From the NCBI GenBank assembly GCA_964016885.1, contig OZ024740.1:183086001-183150000 (forward strand): a stretch of DNA of 64,000 nt. The letters run 5' to 3'. A program made the position numbers and the translations under genes. Shown in pieces: positions 13,455 to 26,113 of this stretch (position 1 is the stretch's first letter; the number at the start of each line of letters is the position of its first letter). The DNA is from Eledone cirrhosa. Lineage: Eukaryota. Under the pieces are notes generated by a model that saw only the letters and a program-made list of their open reading frames with translations, was not told the origin of the DNA and searched no databases.

Positions 13455-15357
13455 TCATCATCATCATCATCACCGTTTTACGTCCGTTCTTCCACGCTAG
13501 GATGAGTTAGACGGGTTGTCCTGTTGTGAGCAGTGTTTGGTCGGCTGACCATGCCTTGCTCATACGGGAACTGATTCTGGCTTGATTTCTACAGCTGGAT
13601 GCCCTTCCTAACACCAACCTCATTTACAGTGAGTGGTGGGTGCTTTTTTTTCCATGGCGCCTACATATCCACTTTACAGTGTGGGCTGGGTGTTTTTTTG
13701 CTGTGGCACCTCCACGTGGGGGCATATTGTCTATATGCTTCAGCTTGTACCCATGGGAGGTCGGGTACTCTGTATTAATGTGTGACACCAGAGGTCACGG
13801 TCGTGTGTCATCGCCTTTGAGAGGTGTAATTGGGTAAGGTCGGCTTTTATCACCTCATCCCAGGTCTTCTTGGGTCTCCCGACTCCGCGGTTTCCATTGA
13901 CTTCTAGTGCTCTGCACCTTTTTATGCAGCTGTCATCCTTCATACGCATCACATACAAACACAACCGCCTCTCCTGCACACAGCATTTGATTCCTCTTAT
14001 GCTCAGTCTCTCTCTCAATACATTTATGCTTTGCCATTCGCGTATATTACTATTACACATCCATCAGAGCATGCAGGCTTTGTTTCTTTCTAATCTACGT
14101 AAGTCTTCCACCTTCAGCACCCAGGTCTCACTACCATGTAACATTGCTGTTCGTATACATGCATCATACAGTCTGCCTTTCATTTTGAGGGAAAAGCCTT
14201 TTGCAGCTAGCAGTCGCAGTAGTTCCCTGAACTTCTTCCATCCTGTTCTTACCCTAGTTATTGTACTTTCTGAACACCCACCTCCGCTGCTAATTCAGTC
14301 ACCTAGGTAGCAGAAGCTGCCTACTGTTTCTACAGAGCCCTCCCAGAGATTGGTGGTACTTGTTTCCTGTGGCTATTTGCTGCTTGCTGTCCCAGCACAG
14401 CTGCTACATGTGAAGCCTACATTCTTAATTAAACTTCATGAGATCCCGCTACATCTCTTGTGTACCCATTGTTTGCATTTGGGGCAGAGAATGGAGTTCC
14501 TACCTACACCTTTCCTACATACTGAGCAAGGCCATTTCCCTGAGGGGATCTGGGTTCTGTTTTCTAGTCTACTTACAAGGACCTTAGTCTTTGTCAGGTT
14601 GACTTTGAGACCCTTTCTTTCTAGTCCCTGCTTCCACGTTTGGAATTTCTTCTCTAGTTCTACCATAGATTCAGCTATAAGTGCGAGATCATCTGCATAC
14701 AGGAGTTCCCATGGGTATCCGGTCTTAAACTCCTCCGTTATTGCCTGCAGGACTATGATGAACAGGAGGGGGCTAAAACAGAGCCCTGGTGGACACCAAC
14801 CTGTATGCTAAATTCCTCGCTATACTCATTGCTAATCCTAACTTTGCTGACTGCTCCCCTATACATGGCTTGTACAGCGTTCACAAGCCATTCATCTACT
14901 CCTAGTTTTCTAAGAGCCCACCAGATTATAGCACGTGGAACTCTGTCAAAGGCTTTCTTGAGATCGACGAATGCCAGGTAGAGTGGCTTACTCTTAGCTA
15001 GGTACTTTTCCTGTAACTGACTCACAAGGAAGAGGGCATCAGTGGTGCCTCTTCCTGGTACAAACCCAAATTGCATCTCATCTAGTTTCACCCGGTCCCT
15101 AATCAACTGTGCTATAACTCTTTCTGTTACTTTCATGACTTGGTCCATCAGCTTTATACCTCTATATTTTCCTCTATTTAGTGCATGACCTTTATCTTTG
15201 TAGTAGTTGACAATGATGCTACTGGACCAATCTTTTGGTATGACACCTTCTAGTATTTCCTGGTTAACAATACGTGTGGTTATAGTGTGACCTACAGACC
15301 CAGATGCCTTCAGCATCTCGGCAGCTATACCCAATGGACCGGTTGCCTTCCCCATCA
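13455..15357 (-). mobile_element. 5'-truncated RTE-clade LINE (frameshifted RT) with (GAT)n tail
   Basis: ORFs 14753-15361, 14436-14666 and 13740-14060 contain KATGPLGI, YRGIKL, QFGFVPGRGTTDA, FVDLKKAFDRV, GVHQGS, YADDL, a CxxC/CxxCxxWVHKRC zinc-finger insert and GRPKKTW. The 3' microsatellite tail is at 13455-13471. Confidence 0.92.
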
Positions 15358-17049
15358 TCATATCTTGTAGATTGTAGATGCTAATAAAGGAGACTCTAAG
15401 TGGTCACAAAACCTGCTGGAAATTGCAGCCAAATTTCCCTCAAAGTCAGTTAAAATCAGAATGGAATGGATAATTTTGTCCTTCATATACAATAAGTCAT
15501 GTTTATCGAGGTTTGAATCCCTTTGTTCATAGGTTGACTCAAAGATAAATAACAACAATTATGTATTAGAATATCTGAGTGCAAGATAAAACAGCAGTAA
15601 ACCTCTCTATCATAATTGTCTTACTAATAAATTAAGTAGATGATTTGTCATCAATCATGAAAAATAAAAATGAAGAAAACATCTTCATGGCTGACTAATA
15701 GAATTTAGCAATCATTCACTTAATGATATCCTCAAGTAAAGTGTCCAACTATTAGTGTCATACAGAATGTTTTGAGGTAATCATTTCATTTTACTCCACT
15801 CTGAATTCAATTTCAGACTGAGGTCAACTTCGCTTCCTATCATTCTGCCATGGATAAAATAAAACACCAGTAATGTACTGGGATTGATTTAATCGACTTT
15901 CCCCTCCCCTTCAAATTGCTGGCCTTGTACCTCAAGGAGAAATAATTGTTATTGTTCTTTTTCTTCTCTCTCTGGAAGATGTCAGACCTGGAGGAATGCG
16001 TTCTGCCACGTTTAGCTGTCCAAGAAATACTATGACATGCCAGTGACTCTACCCACCACTTTGACAGGATTTAACAGCCCAAATAACTCCTATATATTAT
16101 TTTAACTTCAATGAAGTTATCACTCTGACTTGGTTATCTTACATTCTCACAATATTTCAAAATTATAATACAAATTGCATATTGATGACATTTCAATTAT
16201 TAAATCCACATACTTTCTATTGTTAGATCTATGGACAGAGGAAATATTTATTGTACTAAACATTATGAGAGATGCTACTTAATTTTTTTATGACAAACAG
16301 TTAAACCGCTTACATTTTATATCATATTTAGAACAGAGCTACTTGTTTTAGTGGCAAATGCTCTTGGTTTTCCTACTCCAGTGTAACTCTTTTATTATGT
16401 AACACTTTCTTCTTATCAGTAAAGACAGATTTATTTTAATTTTGTCAAGAATAATTAAATTTTTACCATATAATATAAAGAATACTCTGATTAATAAGGT
16501 GATAAATTGGCTTTGGTCTTAGAGAATCAGTTAAAATGCCTTGTGGTTTTGGCTCCAGCTCTCTACATTCTAATTTCAAATTCTATCAAGATCAACTGTA
16601 CTTTTCATCCCTTCACAATTGATAAATAAACCACCTGTTAAGTATAGGGATTGATTTTTCTTCCCTTTATTGTCATTTGGAAGACACTAGCTATAGAGAA
16701 GCCTGAAAAGAGACGTGTTGTGCTTGGTTTGAAATGCAGAAAATGTGAAATGTCGTGACAGCATCCCAACCTGTTGCGTAGCTTCTGCTGTTAGTGTGGA
16801 TTAGTCACCATCTATTTCAAGTTGATAGGGTCATATCTTGTACATTTTTCACTGATGTGAGCCAGTTTTAAATTTAGATCTATCAAATTATTCACACTTT
16901 ATACTGTACAATATCGATACTGAATTTCTCTTGAGATTGTTATGTCTTAACCAGGGTAGATCAGACCTATTATGAAAAGTGTTCCTGTTGTAGGCATAAT
17001 TAAAATTTCATGAAGATGCTTCACATTCATTCACTTTTGGTGAATATAG

Positions 17050-17405
17050 CCTTGGCCAGAAGGCACTGCTATCCTCAGATGGTGTTCAATGTTTATTGGG
17101 TGTTTTGACCCTCAACCATAACACCTTCTCACCGGCGGGTCAGCAGTGGTGGCTAAATTACTGCTCATATTCGGATCCTGGCTTCCAGCTTATCTCCTCT
17201 CTTCTGCTCCAAAGCCAACAAGAGGTCTTTTCTGCTGTCTCCCCCATCTTGTGAACTGCAGCCTTCTGCTCTCTTCCTGTCATTCCAATGGCAGTCAGCT
17301 TTCGCCATACTGAGTGAGCCAGGATTCCTCTGCAGCCTATCTTGACAGGGTATAACGATACCTCCGAAACTTTATCCCTGCATTCCTGTACCCTGATCAG
17401 GGTTG
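17050..17405 (-). mobile_element. HERO-like (restriction-like endonuclease) non-LTR retrotransposon 3' fragment
   Basis: ORF 17158-17427 has ECRDK...YPVKIGCRGILAHSVWRKL...AEKTSCWLWSRRE, matching the PVEVGCRG...AExASxWLW C-terminus I recall for HERO elements. A structured 3' UTR follows. Confidence 0.65.
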
Positions 17406-17636
17406 ACCTAAATTTAAATAACAACAAAGTTCATATGTTGCAGGAGACAAAAACAACATACTCTTCCCAACTTGACAACTATTTCTTGGAATGTCACTAA
17501 GGTGACCTCTAAATTCATTCCATACCAACCAGTCTGAGAAAATGTCTGCTTCTGATACAAAATTTCTAATTTTCAAGTTTTCATATTTCAATTAAAACAT
17601 TCGAAGATATTTTTATACAAGAATCTTTTGTTAAGT

Positions 17637-20600
17637 TATAATAATAATAATAATGAAATTATTGTGTACAGTGCTCAGGTGCACTACAACTTATCAAAGG
17701 TGCTTGTATAGTACATAGAATAGTGTACAAATGTCAGGAAAATGAACAGTGTACGAGTCATTAAATACATGAGTGTGTGTGTGTGGAGGGGGACATCAGG
17801 TGTAGTGTTGGTGAATCTCAGGAAGCATTGAGGTTTTAAAGGATGCAGTGTCTCGACAGCTAACAACTGAAGGAGGTAGTTTATTCCATGCTTCGGCAAC
17901 TCTGAGTGTGAAAAAATGTTTACGAAAGTCATGGGAGCTGTGCTGTTTTCTGACTTTGTAGGCATGTCCACGTGTGTTAGACACATGGATATAAAAAAAG
18001 GTGCTCAGGGTTGTTGTTGGCAAGATGGTTAATCATTTTGTGGGTGTTTACCAAGTCAGTTGCCAAACGTTAGAGCTTCAATGTATCCATGCCCAGGGAA
18101 GCAAGGCATTCAGAGTATGGTAGGTGCCTGATGGAGGGTATTCACTTGGTTGCACGTCTCTGAACAGTTTCCAAGTGGTCAATGTTCTGAGCAAGATAGG
18201 GGTTCCAGAATGGTGATGCAAATTCTAAGTGTGGCCGCACCATAGTTATATACAGCTTTAAATAGATAGCTGGAGAGCGGCTGACAAAGGTCTTGCTGAG
18301 TGATTCTAAGACACCCTTAGCCTTCTTGATAATTCTAGAGACGGGTTACGTCCAACGCAAATCGCTGCTGACAGTAATGCCCAGGTCACTTTCACAAGAA
18401 GACTTCTTGATATTAGTGTTGTGGACGCTGAGTTTTTACTCCCAAAATGCATGGTGGTACACTTGTCCACAACCAACTTGAGTTGCCAGTCAGTGATCCA
18501 TTGTTGCATTGTGTCCAGATCTGATTGCAGGAAATATCTATAGTGTTCAATATCTGTCCTTTTTATCTCAACGTACAGCTTGATGTTATCTGCATATTTC
18601 AGTACTGTGGCATCTATGTCATTAATATATGCCACAAACAAAAGGGGGACAAGAACAGATCCCTGTGGTACAGCAGATGACATCTCATATGGTGAGGAAT
18701 GCTGTCCTAGAACTGTGACTACTTCTCTTCGACTGAGAATGAAGGACTTCAACCAGTTAAAAAGATCATCCTTCACACCTATTGCAGAGAGTTTTGCCAT
18801 AATCTTTTTTTGTTGCATGGAATTGAAAGCTTTAACAAAGTCAGGGTAAACAACATCCACCCATGAGCCGCCATCAGAGATTCAGGTGATGTCTTCAAGA
18901 AACTTGATAAGTTGATCACAGCAGCTGGCGTTAGGGATAAATCCAAATTGCGAGAGCCGGAAGTTCCAATGTGTTTCTCTGACACCGGATTCCATCAGTT
19001 TGGCAATGCAGCTAGTAAGACTGACTGGACGATAGTTGACAGGTGATGTACAGTCACCCTTTTTGAACATAGGAATGACACTGGCAATTTTCCACTGGTC
19101 TGGAGTAGCACCGTTGTTCAGACAGGATTGAAAGAAGCGTGATAGATGGTGAAGAAGGAAGTACCCATCACATTTGAGAAGAAGGTACATAATACCATCA
19201 AGACCAGAAGAGGCTTGGTTGCATTTATTTTTAAGGTGACGTCGCAGCATTGTAGGGGTTAATTCCATAGTTGTAATAGAATCCGATGTCAGAGGTGGTG
19301 GAGATGGTACACTTTGGTCTTCAACAGTGAAAATGCTTGCATAGCATTCATCAATGAGTTCTGCACATTCCTTGGAGTTGTCAGTAATCTGGTTTGTGTG
19401 GGGATTATGAAGAGGACCAACTGGAGAGTGAGGCCTCTGCTTTGAGTGTACATACTTCCAGAACACCTTACTGTCAGGGCTAGTTGCTATGTGCTGTTCA
19501 AACTCAAGCACTGCCTTTTGTGTCACCTGCTTGAGATGGTTGGATGATTTATTTCGCTTTTTCTTATTGACATCTGATTTATGCAGTTTGTACTCACATT
19601 CAGCATTACGAAGTTCTTTCTTGGCAAGACGGACTGCTGCAGTCTCCCTAATTGCACTGTTAGGATGTTTTTTCTGCTTACATGGCACCGATGCTGCACA
19701 TGCTGTCCATATTGAGTTCAAGATTTTCTGGAGTACAGTGTTGACATCTCCAGAGTTGGGACGTTGCAGCTCGGTGCAGTAACAGTTCCAGTCTGCTTTA
19801 TTTCAGTCAAAGTGAGCAGTTTGGAGATGGTTGTGGGATTTTTTTACTCCCCATGAGGGACAGATTGGCAATGATCATAGCATGACCAGAGTCACATAGA
19901 GCTTCCTCAGTAGTAACACTAATAACGGTTTCAGGATTAGTGGTGAAGAATAGATCCAAAGTGTTGTCACCTCTTGTTGGGGAGGTGACTACTTGGGACC
20001 AGTTCAAGTCCAGCACTAGCTCAAGGAAATCCTTTGCACTTTGCAGCCAATGAAAGGTTTCCCAGTCAATCTCAATATAAACATAAGTGGCTGTTTTCCA
20101 GGCAGCAACTATGAGGATGTCACAAAGTTGAGTTGAGTCTCACGATGGTAATTTGGGGGATGGTAAACGACTCCAAGTAGCAGTGTTGACATGGTCATAC
20201 GTATATCACAGAAAAATACTTCTTGCGGCAATTGGTACAAATCAGCACAAGGAATTGCTGAAAAGTTTGCACGAACGTAGACCATTACATCAACACCATG
20301 ATGATTAATGCGGTCTTTACGAAACAAGTTGTAGCCAGTTATGCTGAAAACCCCCATCACAGAATCAGGAATGTGCTCATGTTTCCATGACTGCAATGAA
20401 GTCAGGGTCGATACTTTTGACGTAGGAGTCAAAAAGATGTATCTTATTGCATAGACTACGTGCATTTAAGGAGAGTTTTTTCAGTTTTCTTATTGCCAGT
20501 TGTTGTAGGTACAGTGTTTTCAGACCAGCTGGTATTTCTTTTTCATGTTTCACCAACCTTAATAAACTTCCATATCAGTCCATCATCACGTAGGCTGAAG

Positions 20601-20910
20601 CTTTCATGTTGTACTGAATTGCGACTTAAGGAAGCTGCAGCACGCAGCTTTGGGTGTAGATCAGGTGGAAGACCAGGGCGTTTTCAGAAGGCAATCCGAC
20701 TTTCACGCCTAGCTTTATCAGAGGCTAAAAGACATGAATGTGCCTAAGTTGAGTTCGAAAAAGACAGTCTAATTAGCCTGGGTTTCGGACCTGGTCGGCC
20801 AAGGTGGAGAGCACCCTTTGGGGGAGTACAGCTCAAGTCTTTGGATGAACTGGCAGCAAATATCTGAAGATCAACTATGTCTTCTGGTACACCAATGGCA
20901 ATCACTTCGT
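17637..20910 (-). mobile_element. Near-complete but disrupted CR1-group LINE (APE endonuclease + RT)
   Basis: APE: GYNLFRKDR, GVVYHPP, PTRGDNTLDLFFT. RT: NYRPVSLTS, DFVKAF, AVPQGSVLVPLLF..YIND, YADNIKLY. C-terminal TRGHAYK and a (TTA)n tail at 17637-17653. Many frameshifts. Confidence 0.9.
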
Positions 20911-21016
20911 GGTTATGTTATTTATTTATGATTGAAAAATATTTTCAAAATCAATCAAAGCATATAACCAGTGTGTGTGTATGTGTGTAAATATATACAC
21001 ACACACACACACTCAC

Positions 21017-21082
<66 letters not shown>

Positions 21083-21415
21083 CATCATCATTTTACATCC
21101 GCTTTCAAGGGTGGGATTAGTCCTATTCAGTACAGCATCTCTCCACTTGTTACGGTCCTTTGTCATCTCTGTGAGCTTCAGCGATCTGAGGTCTGCTTTC
21201 ACCACCTCTTCCCATGTTTTTCGAGGTCTTCCTCTACTGCGTCTTCCTTCTACTGGGATTTCTTGGCATTTCTTTACCCAGCATTCATCCTCCATGTGCA
21301 TCACATGTCCATACCATCACAGTCTTCTCTCCCACACACTACAACTTATCCCTCTCAAATCATCTATGCTTGGTCGTTCACGCACATTGACATTGCACAT
21401 CCAACGGAGAGAGAG
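21083..21415 (-). mobile_element. RTE LINE 3' fragment
   Basis: ORF 20951-21304 has GRRSRGRPRKTWEEVVKADLR...DRNKWR, followed by a (gat)n tail that runs into (TA)n. Confidence 0.85.
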
Positions 21416-21840
21416 AGATGTGTAATCTCAAGTGGTTTCAGCTTGCGTGTTCAGCAAGCCTTTTCAAGGGAGTAGTAATATCTGTAGTGTATGAAAAAAA
21501 GGTCACTGATGTTGGTAGTGTTTGGTTGAGTTTATCAAAGTAGTAGACTGGTCAGATGGAGGAATTAGAGAGACAGATATAGGATTAGTTGCTATAATAG
21601 CTCCACGCATGCTTATTTCAGACACTTAGACTAGTTAAGGAAGAACACATTGATCTTTCATTTTTGTTTTGAACCGTTTTCATTTTACATTTGAAAAGAG
21701 AGTACCAGCCCTGAAATATTATATTAAAATATACTGGGTAAAACATTACTTTGATTTGTTTTATTTGTCATCCTTTGCCTTTTATTTCTTTCTATCACGT
21801 TGTACCTGCTTTGATGATGATGATGATGATGATTATATAT

Positions 21841-21965
<125 letters not shown>

Positions 21966-21994
21966 AAAGAATAGAGGTGTAACACACAAGTTAA

Positions 21995-22581
21995 TATATA
22001 TTGGTAAACGGAATAGAAAATGCTGACAAATTGTTCACAGTTTAAAAATGGTTTAATTAGGAATAAAAGAGTATTAGTGATTGTATGAGTTAGTATTTAG
22101 TTGTGGTTTTAAGTTTTTAAGTTTTTACCGGTTGCGCATTTCTAAATGCTTTTCAAAAATAATTTTGAGATAGAGTGTCCGTGTTGTTTGCTCTGATCTG
22201 ATTAGTTTTGGGAATTCTACCTGTTTTTATGTTAAAAAAGTGGCTCCAACGTTATTTTGGTGTTGCAAAAATTCTTGTGGTCAAAACAATTTTGATTGGT
22301 CGGTAGAGGTCATGTGAATGTAAAAAATTGATTTTGCGCCAAGACTGTTTTTATGTTAAAAAAGTGGCTCCAGCGCTATTTGGTGTTTGCAAAAATTCTT
22401 GTGGTCAAAACAATTTTGATTGGTCGGTAGAGGTCATGTGAATAAAAAATTGGTTTTGCGCCAAGATTGAGAAATGACTCTTTCACAACAAATATGTGTG
22501 TGTGTGTGTGTAGTAGTAGTAAGGTGTTCGATGTTGTGATAATGGTTAGCAAGGATGAGTGTCAAATGGCTATTAAGATAA

Positions 22582-22657
<76 letters not shown>

Positions 22658-22799
22658 ACCAGTATTTTTTCCCCCTGGTAAAATGGTGTACATTATTCGA
22701 TTTTTTCAGTAAAATCGGTTCTCTTAATAGAACATCAAAAATCTTAACAATAAAAGGTGTGAAATGATATTCACTACATATATATACACATACACATAT

Positions 22800-22860
<61 letters not shown>

Positions 22861-23091
22861 ATATATACACATATATTTTTCTGTGTTGCACCATAGAGCA
22901 TGTGTGTTTATGTATGTCATTGTGTTTATATGTGGGTGGAGATGTGTGCTTATGTAGGTATGTATGTTAACGTGTGTATGTTGTGGGTTCGTCTTAGGGA
23001 TAAGTGTTTAGACGGGGTCCGTATTTGTTAATGAAGTAATATTCCTTGCTGATGCGCTGGGGTGCAACACAGAAAAATATATGTGTATATA

Positions 23092-23154
<63 letters not shown>

Positions 23155-23315
23155 TATATATAGTGAATATATGTATGTGTATATATATGTAGTGAATATC
23201 ATTTCACACCTTTTATTGTTAAGATTTTTGATGTTCTATTAAGAGAACCGATTTTACTGAAAAAATCGAATAATGTACACCATTTTACCAGGAGGAAAAA
23301 AAATACTGGTCCACC

Positions 23316-23349
<34 letters not shown>

Positions 23350-23523
23350 CACACACACACACGCGTACATTAACATACAAAGAGACTTATACACACACAC
23401 ACACACACACACGCACTTCTCCGTATAAGACAAAAGCTGAAAAATATCTTTTGACATGCTAAAACACACATTGCTTTCAGACACATTCTTACTGACCATC
23501 CCTGCTACCACGAATCACTCTGC

Positions 23524-23560
<37 letters not shown>

Positions 23561-24143
23561 ATCTTAATAGCCATTTGACACACATCCCTGTTAACCATTA
23601 TCACAACATCGAACACCTTACTACTACTACACACACACACACACACACACACATATTTGTTGTGAAAGAGTCATTTCTCAATCTTGGCGCAAAACCAATT
23701 TTTTATTCACATGACCTCTACCGACCAATCAAAATTGTTTTGACCACAAGAATTTTTGCAAACACCAAATAGCGCTGGAGCCACTTTTTTAACATAAAAA
23801 CAGTCTTGGCGCAAAATCAATTTTTTACATTCACATGACCTCTACCGACCAATCAAAATTGTTTTGACCACAAGAATTTTTGCAACACCAAAGTAACGCT
23901 GGAGCCACTTTTTTAACATAAAAACAGGTAGAATTCTTAAAACTAATCAGATCAGAGTAAACAACACGGACACTCTATCTCAAAATTATTTTTGAAAAGC
24001 ATTTAGAAATGCGCAACCGGTAAAAACTTAAAAACTTAAAACCACAACTGAATACTAACCCATACAATCACTAATACTCTTTTATTCCTAATTAAACCAT
24101 TTTAAAACTGTGAACAATTTGTCAGCATTTTCTATTCCGTTTA

Positions 24144-24150
<7 letters not shown>
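21995..24150. mobile_element. About 2.15-kb fold-back non-autonomous element (PLE pLTR-derived) in a TA tract
   Basis: 21995-22890 is inverted at 23060-24150, and the right arm has an extra segment at 23350-23520. It contains an internal ~120-bp tandem duplication and a hammerhead-like motif near each outer end. A diverged copy of the end lies at 50276-50450. Confidence 0.75.
23987..24026 (+). ncRNA. Hammerhead-like motif with U3-A8 core and GCAA in place of GAAA (also 22122-22161 minus and 50390-50430 minus)
   Basis: ttt-TTGAAAA-gcatttagaaatgc-GCAA-ccgg-TA-aaa. The layout is the same as the motif at 61352-61389. Confidence 0.55.
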
Positions 24151-24224
<74 letters not shown>

Positions 24225-24227
<3 letters not shown>

Positions 24228-24622
24228 AAACCAAAGATTGATATGGTTCATTGATTACTCAATGAATACAGTTTTACAATATATTAAAAGCACTCAACAA
24301 AAATTTTTATTGGAATTATTAATATTATTCAAAGTATTAAGAAATGAAGATATTCACATAATCAAAATATATGCTTTATTATATATATTTCGAAGGTACT
24401 GTGTTGTTTTTTCAGTACGTCCTCGTCAGATAAAATATATGATTTGATATATGACATACCTCTACGGGCTGGATATTTCAATTCCAGTATTGGCAGTGAT
24501 TTATTTCAACAAATCTCAACATTAATATACCACAAATAATAATATGATGAACATAAAGAAGAAAAGGACGTGGAGCGAATTAGTAATATAAGAGAGGGTG
24601 TACAGAGGAGGAAGGCAACAAA

Positions 24623-24673
<51 letters not shown>

Positions 24674-26113
24674 TAAACAAGAAAAAATGAGAAAAAAAAA
24701 TACATACCTAAATATTTAAATGAATAAAAATAAGTAAAATGATGGATGAATAGAGGAAGAAGAAAGGAGTAATAACGACAAAAGAGAGGTAACATAACAT
24801 TTATTTTGGGATATATAGAAAAAACCGTTGTTTTCAAATATTAGGTCAATTGAGGCAACCAATCAATTACCATAAACCATTGAATATCTCTTGTATTTGA
24901 TTATGGTTAAGCTAATTATACTTATATATTATATCAAAATTAGTCAATATACATTACTTTTTATAGCCGTCACATAATTGGTTTAATTAAAAATTTATAT
25001 AATTTAATTTAACTCATTATAGATTATAATTTGAGTTTAAGTAATATATTCCTTAAGTATTTTGTTACAACTTTAAATAAGTTTTATCTTTAGAACAAAT
25101 TTAAATAATTATTAAATATGCATTTAAAATATATATTAAAATGCATGCATATATCACCATCAATATATATAATATATTAAGATCATTTTTAGCCGAATTA
25201 TTTAATTTAAATAAGTTATTTACTTTATAAATTCATTTCTATTCTTTAATTATCATATAATTACAGGGTTAAATTACTGTTATATTTACCCTCAAAGTTT
25301 TATTCCGTTAATTTATATTTACTTCTGTAATTACATATTATTATAGTTTCCTTTTAAAGATATTCTTATATTATTAAACTACATAATTCATGTCAAATAT
25401 AATTTAGTAAGCTATTCAAACAGAATAAAAATATTTACGAAAGAATGTAAACAAAAGGAAGATACCTCATTCACCATATGTGAACATTTAACTACTCTGA
25501 AATCTAGTGATAAGTCTAAACCATAAATCAACAATTGTCAAGTTAAATATTGAACTGTCCTAAACAAAACCTAGGATACAAAGACTCATAATGAAAGTAT
25601 TCTAATAGATAAAACATCCATAAATTAATAGCCCAGTAAGGCAAAAAATTAAATATATATTTTTTACAAATTATTATTAATTGTCAATATTTTTTCGAAA
25701 CTTGTACAATGCCTGGAATGTTTTACCGAATTTATGTTGGCAGCTGCTAATTAATTCATTTTTCTTGTTAAATAAATTGTCATAATTTGTAATTATCAAT
25801 AGTCTCAAAATTACAAAGATTGCAATTGAGCTAAATGGAAGCGTTTCGATAGGAATTGGCATTTGTTAACCGAGTCCAAGAGATGGAGTATTTAATAAGC
25901 TTGTCCTTCAAAGCCCATATTAATTGTGAGAGTGTGGTTGAACATTTTTTATCTGGATTAGAAAAAATGTGTATGACTGTACCAACGAGCCTTAACTTTA
26001 AATGAAGTTGCACCAATGTAGTTGTATATATTATTATTTGTCTTAATGGGACATTTATATACTAGATTCTTGTCAAGGCAGTTATTTTGTAAGGGACATT
26101 CTGACTTCTTTCT
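24225..26113 (-). mobile_element. Penelope-like element family A, left (inverted) arm: GIY-YIG fragment plus long 3' UTR/pLTR
   Basis: RKKSECPLQNNCLDKNLVYKC...YIGATSFKVKARWYSH...LSQLIWALKD...ISW...CNLC. It is the reverse complement of 28829-30710. Confidence 0.85.
24375..24434 (-). ncRNA. Type-I hammerhead ribozyme (canonical core) in family A pLTR
   Basis: tttat-CTGACGA-ggacgtact...agtaccttc-GAAA-tatata-TA-ataaa, with palindromic stem III. Confidence 0.8.
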
